From: Octopus vulgaris
Taxonomy: Eukaryota
Assembly: GCA_951406725.2 (NCBI GenBank)
Contig: OX597815.1
Coordinates: forward strand, 131,874,001-131,938,000
DNA: 64,000 nt
Direction: 5' to 3'
A model generated the notes under the pieces. The model was not told the origin of the DNA and did no database searches. It was given only the letters and a program-made list of their open reading frames with translations. A program made the translations under genes and the position numbers. Below are positions 54,285 through 64,000 of the stretch, in pieces; position 1 is the stretch's first letter; each line of letters opens with the position of its first letter.

Positions 54285-54674
54285 CTCTCTATATAAAGCT
54301 GAAGTTGTCTGTGTGCGCCAGGTTTGGTAGCCTTCAACTAACACTATCTCTTCCGAGACCCTGCGGCGCAAGTTGACCATAATTGAGAGTATGATAGAAG
54401 AAGGGTTGCTCTTCCTTCCGTAGAAGATAAAATTCAAATCGGACCATGTTAACACCAAAAATTATTTACATCAAAAATGGTGCTTTTTTTTATGAAAATC
54501 CCTATTTTTTACGATTTTTTTTCACTGCTGTGTCGCCACTTTTCCGTGTATTTCAACCAGAAAAATGTTCATTTGAAGCGAATAACAAGCTACATAATGC
54601 AAAATTTTTACTTTTCAAAAATTCCAATTCCAGCGGGTCGAAACAAATCCGAGCAACGCCGGGCGATACTAATA

Positions 54675-54675
<1 letters not shown>
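54285..54675 (-). mobile_element. Helitron-like element sharing the H2 5' terminus
   Basis: Minus strand starts ACTATTAGTATCGCCCGGCGTTGCTCGG; body differs from 48405-48786. Confidence 0.55.
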
Positions 54676-54725
<50 letters not shown>

Positions 54726-54903
54726 TAGATAGATAAGAAAGTTGGTTTGTGAAAGCACGTGGGTGAATATATAGAAAATAGTAAAGAGTGAAAAAACTAC
54801 AGAAGGCTTAAATGTTAAAAAATATATATATTTGCATCAATATGTCTGAAGAATATTAGAAAATTTTTTAAAAAAATGTTTCTTTTATAATAACATAATT
54901 TAA

Positions 54904-54942
54904 AAGAAAGACCGGTTTCGCGTGTAGCTTTTCAAATTTCTT
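54904..54942 (-). ncRNA. Variant minimal hammerhead-like motif in the PLE 3' pLTR
   Basis: AAGAAA-TTTGAAAA-GC-tacac-GC-GAAA-CCGG-TC-TTTCTT; helix I and palindromic helix III intact, first core box non-canonical. Confidence 0.5.
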
Positions 54943-55077
54943 GCGACGTTATGTTTATGTTGAATAGAGTTATCGTTATGTTTATGTTCAGGAGAGTTCT
55001 AAATAAGGGGAGGTAGTGAGTGATTTCTTCCGGTGTAAGGGAGATAATTGCTTAAAATTTTTTCCTTTCCCTTGGTG

Positions 55078-56870
55078 TTAATTTCTCTGTATCAGTATGT
55101 TCGGATGGTTGAGTCTGGGCTTGTACTTTTCAATGAAGAATGTTTCCTTGTTTAGTCTAATTTGTGTTGATGATCCGAAAGCACATTGGTAAAATGGAAA
55201 GATTAAAAATTGTGGTAGTAGTTGCTTTGCGCATTTCTCAATGTGCTCACTAAAAGGTATCATTCTATATTCTGGGAATGCAATCTGTTGTCGATGCAGT
55301 GTGCATCTACATCTGAGTGATAGTCCCGTGGAAGCCACGTAGTCTTGGTGGCAGCCCGAGCATTTTATGACATAAATTATGTTTTCAGAGGCACAAGTAA
55401 AGTTAGATTTGATCTTGAATTTCTGTCCCTCTTTAAAGAGGAATTCTGATCCTTCTAGCAGGTTAGGACATGTTGCACAGTTCGATCTACCACATTTTTT
55501 TAATTTTGCATCCGTAATTTCAGAAGACAATTTTGCCTTTGTGAGAATCTTTTTAAGTGATTTAGGCTGTTTGTAGCTTTTAATGATTTGGTGTATGTTT
55601 AGAATTTCCTTTAATTTGGGGTCTTTATGAAGTATTGGTAAATTCTGGGTGATGATGGTGAAGGCTTCTTTGTTTCTGGGGTTGTATGTAGATATGTAAG
55701 GTAGTATTTTCGGGGAAGGTGTGTTGTTGTGTTGAACTTTTCTTAAAGTTTCTATGTTGATTTCTGTTGCACGTCTGATCCCATCCTCTATGAGTTGAGC
55801 TGGGTAATGTCTGTCAATTAGGGTGTTTTTGAGTTCTTGCAGTCTAAAGTTCCTGGTATTTTGTTCTGACACTATTGTGTATATCCTTCTTGCAAGGTTT
55901 GAAGGGGATGTTTGTTTTAGTGTGTCTTGGGTGGCATGAATTAAAAAGAAGGTATTGTTTGGCGTATGTGGCTTTGTAAAAAATGTGTTTATATTTTAAG
56001 GTTAATTTTTTAATTAGTATATCCAAGAACGGGAGCTCCTTTTGGTTGTATTCCATTGTGAACTATATATTTGGGTTTATGCTGTTCAATAGGTTTTTAA
56101 ATTTTAGGAGTTTATCTGTGTTTTCATTCCAGAGAATAAAACAATCGTCTAAGAATCGTTTCCAATTCTCTTTTATGTATTGAGAGAGGGGTTTCCAAAG
56201 ATTGATAAAGATTCCTGGTAAATGATTATTTCCATGTATCCCATTGTTAAGTTCGCAATGACTGGTGCTGCCCTTGTACCCATAGCAATTCCGGATTTTT
56301 GACGGTAAAATGTATTGTCAAACATGAAGCTGTTATTGTGTAGGATGAATTCAATTGATTTAGTAATGAATTCTTTACTGATCCTTTTTGGTATTTCTTC
56401 CGGAAATTGGTCTAACCAGAACTGTATTGCCTCCAGTCCATAATTATGAGGTATACTGGTATATAAGTTAACTACATCAAATGAAACCAGGATTGTTTCT
56501 TCCTTGGCTTTTGTTTGGAAGGTGGTTTAACATATCTAAGTCATCTCTGGTATGGCTATCGATATGTTTAAGGAAGGGTTTCAGGAGGATGTCCATAAGT
56601 AGACTTAGTCTATGTGTTTCACAGGTTGGGCCAGCTACAATGGGTCGTAGTTTTAGGTCCCTCGGGTTAGGTGTGTGTATGTCTGTCTTTTGTGATTTTT
56701 TAATGGTTTCATTTATAATTTGACTTTTATGAATTTTTGGCAGACCATAGAAAAGGCTAGGTTTGCATTTAAAGTTTGTTAGGAAGTCAATCTCTTTGGT
56801 TGTTAGTTCTTTTGTGGGGTGTAGTTGGTGATTTTTTCATAATGTAGGTCGTCATCAAGCAAGGAAATTA
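55078..56870 (-). pseudogene. PLE RT-GIY-YIG ORF, frameshifted
   Basis: Pieces 55078-55872 and 55844-56056, plus upstream RT motifs, lie in different frames. Confidence 0.9.
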
Positions 56871-57231
56871 CAAGGGAAATGCAGTTGTAATAATGGATAC
56901 ATCATACTACAGAAATCTTATAATTTCCTTGCTTGATAACGACCTACATTATGAAAAAATTACCAACTACACCCCACAAAAAATAATGAAAACTCTATCT
57001 TCACTAATTAAAACCCATATGTATATATACCTATATATATGTATATATACCTATATACATATACGTATAAGGATCTCGATTGCAAGATCATATGTCAGAT
57101 ACAAGTTATTCGAACATAATTCCTCAAGTCTAGGTATATTAAGAGTTGTGGGCGCCATGTATACATGTGTTATACCCAATAAAGTCTACTAACATTCCTT
57201 TAGTTTATTAATACTATATATATATATACAT

Positions 57232-57263
<32 letters not shown>

Positions 57264-58119
57264 TCATATATACACGTACTCACACACACATATGTATACA
57301 TATATATATATATATATACACACATACATACATTCATACATACATACATACACACATACATACATACATACATACATACATACATACATACATACATACA
57401 TACATACATACATACATACATACATACATACATACATACATACATACATACATACATGAATTTCATTAAAATTAATAATAATATATACGAAACAATTTCT
57501 GTCAACGTAACATTATCAAGTTAATCAAAAGTGAAGAAATTCTAACTGAACATCTGAATAAATTTTTAGCTGATAAAAGACGCTAACAAAAACAAAACGC
57601 CAAACTAAATTTAACTTTAGACATTCATTCATTAGTCAAAGTGCGACGTCATTGAATTACTGAATTAGTTTATAAATAAAATATAAAATACCATATTAAT
57701 TCCATATTTTTTGACAATTTGAAATCTACTTAAAAGAAAACAAGAAACTTAAGGTAGTAAACGAGCATATTTATCTACCAAAATTGATGACGTCACTGGA
57801 TATGTAAATAACAAAACTCTAGATAAGATATCTACGTTATGCCTAATAGATAACTAAAGAATAAAAACTGAATAATTCTACATAATGCTTAATAGAAACT
57901 TATATACTTCAATTAAAAATTATAATAATCTTTTAATTAATTATTATATAATAAGGTTAATTTCTATTCAAGTGCGTAATATAGTGAATTAAGTAATTAA
58001 TTTTAGCGATGCAAAGTATCTAAGCTTCGTTTAAGTATCACGTAGAATTCTTATCTCTAATTTTCATTCTTTTAATTACCCATCGAGATTATCAAGAGTC
58101 GTATATATGATTAATTATA

Positions 58120-58420
58120 ATAATGTATTTCTTCTTCCGCAGTTTCAGCTTAGAGCTGTGGCTATGCTGGAGCACTGCCATTTTACTACACTGTTTTTAC
58201 TGAGAGCCTCCTCTAATATGTAGCACTTGGTAAAAAATGGAGTTTGATGGAGCTACCCTCATTTGCACCTCTTGCCATGAGGTAGGTTAATCAGAGACCC
58301 TCGACAGGTAGAGGTCCAGTCTGAATTTGAAAACTCCTATATCCACTTTGTGCAGGATCCTGAGGCTCTTTGGAAAATATTAAAATGCTGTATGCCCCTG
58401 AAACCCAGGCTGTTGCTATC
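58120..58420 (-). repeat. Repeat fragment ending in the SINE1/CR1-type tail
   Basis: Minus strand ends GGCAGTGCTCCAGCATAGCCACAGCTCTAAGCTGAAAC. Confidence 0.5.
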
Positions 58421-58439
58421 ATATAATAAACTTAAATAC

Positions 58440-58655
58440 AGGTAGGGCGTACTGCCAGAATCGTTAGCACAGCGGGCAAAACGATTAGCGGTATTTTGTT
58501 CATCTTAACGTTCTGAGGTCAAATTCCAATGGTGTCGATTTTGCATATCATCCTTTCGGGATCGATAAAACAAGTACCATTTGTGCACTGAGGTCGATGT
58601 ATTTGATAACCCACGCCCTTCAAAATTGTTTGCCTTGTGCCAAAATTTGAAACCA
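58440..58655 (+). mobile_element. SINE family 2, diverged
   Basis: CATCCTTTCGGGATCGATAAAACAAGTACC domain. Confidence 0.8.
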
Positions 58656-58699
58656 TTATATAATAATCTTAATTCTTAGTGTGTGTATGTGTGTGTATG

Positions 58700-59590
58700 A
58701 ATTATGGTTTTGCTTTTTATGTTTTCGTTTTTCATTGTGTCTACGTCTTTTGGGATGTCCTGTACCCATATATGCATGTATATATACATACATATGTAGG
58801 TATGTACATATATGTATATATACGTATATTTATATATTATTTATATTACTATATAATCGAACGCCACGCATCCTTTTCCAAGTAAGTTTTATCTTAATAA
58901 TTACGATGCGCATTCTTATTCTATCTCTTCTCTGTCTATCTATATCCCTCTCTTGTTCTTCTTCCTTTCTGTGTTTCTCTCCCACACTTTCTATATTCTT
59001 CTCCTCTCCCCTTCACCGTTTTTTCTCTCTTTCTCTCTCTCACTCTTCCTCCTTGACTCTCTCGTTACTCACACATGACGAAATGCCATCCATCTTTCTT
59101 TCTTCCACTTCTTTCCTAAAGACAGGACGTGCTTTTATCTACCTCTTCTCAAAGTTCGTTTTTCCAGTGTTCATAACTTCACATCATCTTGGCTTAGCAA
59201 CCCTACCGTTTGCTTTTACTGTTTTGTTTTCACTGTCCTGTTTTTGTTACCACTTTCGTCCTCCGCAAAAAATCCCAAATTTTATTTAATTTGCTTTGCA
59301 GGAACGACTGTTTTAACGACGTCGCATATTGTCCTTTCCTTCGAACGCGGAGTAGATAAAACAGGGGACAACTGATAAAGGGAATATTCTGTATGTTGCA
59401 TGTCTCGTTTCCCTGTTTGTGTTTTTTCGTTTTCTATGTTTTTGTTCTTTATATTTTCGTTTCTCATTGTGTCTACGTTTTTTGGGATGTCCTGTACCCA
59501 TATATGCTTGTATATATACATATACATGTAGATATATACATATATGTATGTATATATGCATATGTATTTTATATTATTTATATGATATAT
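58700..59590. repeat. Unclassified element with ~140-bp terminal direct repeats
   Basis: 58715-58850 resembles 59450-59585. Confidence 0.65.
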
Positions 59591-59607
59591 ATATAGAGAG
59601 AGATATG

Positions 59608-59652
<45 letters not shown>

Positions 59653-60890
59653 AATGCATATATGTATAAGTTAATGCAATTGAAACAATTGTTGGATTTT
59701 AAGGTGTCATCTAAAATAAAGAAATGATTTTCTTCGTATATATTGATTGTTGTTAATACTCTGAATTTCCTGGAAGCTACTTGTTCGAAATCTCAACTTA
59801 TTCCTTTATACTGAGTGCTTAATTGATAACTGCCAAGAATTTTTATTGCAATACTTTACTTATGTTTGTGTGTGCGTGTGTGTGTGTGCGTGCGTGTGTA
59901 TGTGTGTGTCATGCACTATTGCTTGACAACGGGTGCTAGTGTGTTTACGTACCCGTAACTTAGAATAAGCACCAAGTTAACAAAAAATTAGTAATTAGAT
60001 CGATTTGTTCGATTGACGGCCATCAAGGATGTGCCCAACATTACTGCAGTTAAATGAATTAAAGAAGTAAAAGAAAAATAGGGGGCTGACTAGATCGGAG
60101 CAATCTCGAGTATAATCATCCGAAATTGCGAAGATAATCTGGTATTCGACTGAGGAAAGAAAACTTCGAATGACCCGTCCTTGTTTTCTTTGTATCGTCT
60201 ATCTGGATGTTTTGTTGTCCGATATTTGTATCAGCTAACTGTCCAGATGTTTTGCATTCTTCCCCATTTTGTATTTTACATATACATACTCAAATATATA
60301 GCGGTGCACGTACACTTTGGTCTCTTATATGTAAGTATACACATTTCTAAATCTTGTATGACTCTATGTGTGTCAGCCTTTTTACGCTTATTCGTTCATT
60401 CCATTCTTCGTTCTTTCATTTACCCCATCTCACATTTCTTTGCCTTCTCTTCTTGCTCACTTTTCCTCCACTTTTCACTTCACTGTGCCCCTGTATTTTT
60501 TCTCGCCCCTATTTAATTCTTCTGTCCCTCTGCCTCTACCTCTCTCTCTTCTCTTCCCACGTGACTGGCGTTCGGCCAAGCCTGATCTTTCTTTCTTCCT
60601 CCGGCATTTTTCCGTACAAAATCGTTATTCTTCCTTGTGCCAGTGAAATCTTGTATACCTGCCGTAAGTTTTCGTTTCCACACACACCATCTTAATTTAA
60701 TTCGTCCTTAGTCGAAATACACCTGTTGTTATGTCCTGTTATTATTTTTACTATATTTGTGTAACATTGCCCGTTTTCCGTCCTTGTTTTTGTATATATA
60801 TTCGCTGCTTTCTTCCAAGGAATCTAATGTCCGCCTTTGTATCGTCTATCTTTCTGAATGTTTTAATGCCCTCTATTGCGTTTTTCTTCC

Positions 60891-60996
<106 letters not shown>

Positions 60997-61023
60997 ACGA
61001 ATCTTATATGTATACCTATGTCT

Positions 61024-61236
61024 TTATTACCCACAAGGGGCTAAACATAGAGGGGACAAACAAGAACAGACATAGGTATTAAGTCGATTACATCGACCCC
61101 AGTGCGTAACTGGTACTTAATTTATCGACCCCGAAAGGATGAAACGCAAAGTCGACCTCGGCGGAATTTGAACTCACAACGTAACAACAGACGAAATACG
61201 GCTACGCATTTCGCCCGGCGTGCTAACGTTTCTGCC
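61024..61236 (-). mobile_element. SINE family 2
   Basis: Matches 24505-24905. Confidence 0.88.
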
Positions 61237-61670
61237 TAAATAATGGAACACATTAAGACAGTTATATACAGTCACACACACAGGAACTCATTCATAAAAG
61301 AAATCATAAAAGAAATCATTTAAACCCACCGTTCTTTTGACCTGCACTCTCTCACCTTACTATTCTTATGCCTCCCTCCTCCTACTTCGTTTGAACCCTT
61401 GAACCTTTAGAACCTTCTAGATTCTTCTACATTCAGCCACTCTGACGTCACTCCTTATAAAGAGACACTCATTATCGCCATGGGTTCCTTGAGAGCGGTC
61501 AGCTAAAAGTTTTTTGTGCATTTTGATGTCGACATAAGTTCCTTGATTTTCCTGATGAGAAATCTGCATAATGTACTCCTTATTCCTTCGGAATTAGGAA
61601 TATGCAGCCTTCGAAACATATGTCGAGAATAAAGGATATTTGTTAACTAGTCGTTCAACTCCATTCTTTC
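61237..61670 (+). mobile_element. PLE-like 3' end / pLTR (family G)
   Basis: Contains a canonical hammerhead and ends at a long (TA)n. Confidence 0.6.
61546..61630 (+). ncRNA. Type I hammerhead ribozyme (family G)
   Basis: ATTTTC-CTGATGA-GAA..CTGCATA/TATGCAG..TTC-GAAA-CATATG-TC-GAGAAT; complete core; predicted cut after 61624. Confidence 0.85.
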
Positions 61671-61746
<76 letters not shown>

Positions 61747-62097
61747 GGCAAGTTGTCGATGACTCACAGCTACGAACCTTGTTCTTTTGAGAGTAGCAGG
61801 GCAAACACTACTAAATGCAAACATGAAAGACTTTTAAATCCATATAATTTCAAAAAAGAATAAGCTTTAGACAAAGTTTTTCCACCCATGACCATCGTCT
61901 TAATAACAAAGGTTTAGTTTAACCAAATCTATATTAACTGGAGTGATATATCTGCTTTCTTTATGATGGTAGCGTGTGATTTCAGAGATAGAGTATTGTG
62001 AAATGCCAGCAGGTTGAACGACCGCAGATAGTCTTCATCGCCGGTGTTAAACCGAGCGATGTAATACAAATGTGCGTGTGAGTGTGTGTGTATATAA

Positions 62098-62141
<44 letters not shown>

Positions 62142-62149
62142 AATATGCT

Positions 62150-62185
<36 letters not shown>

Positions 62186-62186
62186 T

Positions 62187-62238
<52 letters not shown>

Positions 62239-62831
62239 ATGCGTGTGTGTGTGTGTATACGTGTAACTATTTCTATGTTTATTATTTTTGCTTTTATTAA
62301 AGGTTTTGGAAAGAAAATCATTTCATAAGAACTATTTTTGTATCCATTTACCCCTTCGTAACACACACAGACACAACTGCATAGCACCTTAATTCCCACC
62401 TCTATAACATATTCATTTCATTAATCGCCATCTTGTCTCTTTCTTTATGTGCTTTCTTCGGGTAAACACAAAAAGAACATCATCCTTTCTTTCTTCATCC
62501 TGCTCGTAATTCTTCATATCATTTGTTTTTCATCTTTCGTTGTTTTACTTTTCATTCTTTAAACCAACTGATTTATTTATCCGTTCTTGATAGTTGTTCC
62601 AATACCCGATATGGTCAAGAAATTGCAATCTTCCTGCTGAAATCGAAATAGTTATCAATATCATTTCATCTTTTATATTATTAACTGCGCCAAAAGATTA
62701 TTTTGGTATTCGATAAATTCCACCTATATGGCACCATCAGCATGTATTCACTGGAATACCGCCAGCAACAAACCGCTAAGTTAAGATAGAAGAAACCAAC
62801 ACCGGTTGTAAAAGTTTTGTAGGGAATATTA

Positions 62832-62876
<45 letters not shown>

Positions 62877-62916
62877 ACACACACAGACACACACACACAC
62901 AGACACACACACACAG

Positions 62917-62967
<51 letters not shown>

Positions 62968-63004
62968 CACACACACATATATATAAAACATTTTTTCCCT
63001 TTCG

Positions 63005-63125
63005 TTTTACAAAATCCACTCAAAAAGCTTTGATTGGCCCGAGCTATGGTAAAAGGGTCCACACTATGGGGTTGATCCCACAACCATGTGGTTGGGAAGC
63101 ACATGTCTTAACAAACTGCCACGCT
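63005..63125 (-). mobile_element. SINE family 1 head, diverged
   Basis: Similar to 20731-20893. Confidence 0.7.
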
Positions 63126-63149
63126 CACTAAATTTCGTAACTGTATAGG

Positions 63150-63490
63150 CCTCCCTTGATGTTAGGGAAGTGTATGTGGAGCTGATGTAGTATATATAGT
63201 CCAACTAAGTCAGTGTTCTGAGCTGAATCTGATGATCTCATGGTTATGTCAAATAGGTTGCTATGGTTATTGCTATAGTTATTGGCCCGGCACCAGTGTT
63301 TGTTTTCAATGAAATAAGGATTTTGCGGGTTTTAAGTATTATGTTAATTTCTAGTGGGGTTAGATTAGTAAAGTTCCTAGCTAGAAGAAGAGTTTGATTA
63401 AGGAGTTTAGGAGAAATAGAAGAGTAGTAATTATTTATGTCGAATTGAAGGAAGGAATATGAGTTTTTGTTTTTAGGAGATGGAACCATG
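63150..63490 (-). mobile_element. Penelope-like element RT fragment (Naiad/Chlamys-like)
   Basis: SFLQFDINNYYSSISPKLL..IILKTRK and LFDITM.SSDSAQNTDLVGLYILHQL, resembling the FDI..FYPSI / FDVTMGS.DGAE..LVGL motifs. Confidence 0.75.
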
Positions 63491-64000
63491 TAATAACTTC
63501 ACCAGTGTGGGACCATAGGTTAACGTTTAACTATCTTATTCTACCTCACCCAATTTCGAATCTATTGTAGCAGCCTCTAATAAACAAAAGCTCTCGCTTT
63601 ATTATCAAAACTCATAACTACAACTTTAGTAATACGAGCACTCAACACACACACAGCTCCAGCACAGATACCCTTCCTTTAGACCATAACCACAACACAA
63701 CCCATCCTGCTGACACTGCCCGGAACACCACTACAACCTCTAACACCCTTACAAATAGTACAATTAATAATCCACTTATAATATGTTTATAGCAGTGGAA
63801 TAATTTCCTTTTGGATGAAGAAAGTAAACATTTCTAGTTTCGACTACGGATGATATATTATAATTTTGTGATGTATCGTCATAGTTGACTGAGTTTATAT
63901 AAACATCGATTAATTGAATGTTTTGTTGGAGTGCGATATTAATTTGTTCCTTGCCACTATGACCTAAAGTGAAACACCGCTATGTGAATTTATACATCTG

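Larger units (their letters stand above)
54735..57015 (-). mobile_element. Penelope-like element (Neptune-like), 5'-truncated with inverted 5' end
   Basis: RT motifs FYGLPKIHK, LRPIVAG, FDVVNLYTSIPH, GIAMGTRAAP, RFLDDCF, LPFLD; Cys linker CGRSNCATC; GIY-YIG IIYVIKC..QDYVAST..LN; TA-rich flanks. Confidence 0.93.

Noticed and set aside
58681-59289. 202-aa hydrophobic ORF resembling a membrane protein
   Set aside because: Arises from CT-rich low-complexity repeat sequence.
59328-59385. Permuted hammerhead-like CCTTCGAA..CTGATAAAGGG
   Set aside because: Core mismatches and no NUH cleavage triplet in position.
60081-60180. CTGACTAGA..CCGAAA and CTGAGGAAAG..CTTCGAA motifs
   Set aside because: No pairing helix I.

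Overview
AT-rich, microsatellite-dense animal genomic DNA with no prokaryotic features. The SINE families resemble those I recognise from octopus, so the source is probably a cephalopod (inference). No host gene is securely identifiable; there are only weak minus-strand exon and promoter candidates. Nearly all recognisable sequence is mobile DNA: (1) a nest of R4/Dong-type RLE retrotransposons in (TAA)/(TAG)n at 1.5-8 kb, one with an unbroken 1005-aa RT-CCHC-RLE ORF; (2) decayed mariner, maT and hAT transposons, a MITE and Helitron-like elements; (3) three tRNA-derived SINE families and a CR1-like LINE 3' end; (4) Penelope-like element (PLE) RT and GIY-YIG remnants from more than one clade. 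The most interesting signal is non-coding. At least seven unrelated short elements, mostly in or beside (TA)n, carry type I hammerhead ribozyme motifs. The best case is a 490-bp tandem, retrozyme-like repeat at 15.6-17.15 kb with three complete hammerheads and a fold-back arm. A diverged sister copy at 34.1-34.7 kb has core substitutions only at positions the hammerhead consensus tolerates. All calls were made by eye; element boundaries are approximate unless TIRs or TSDs are quoted.
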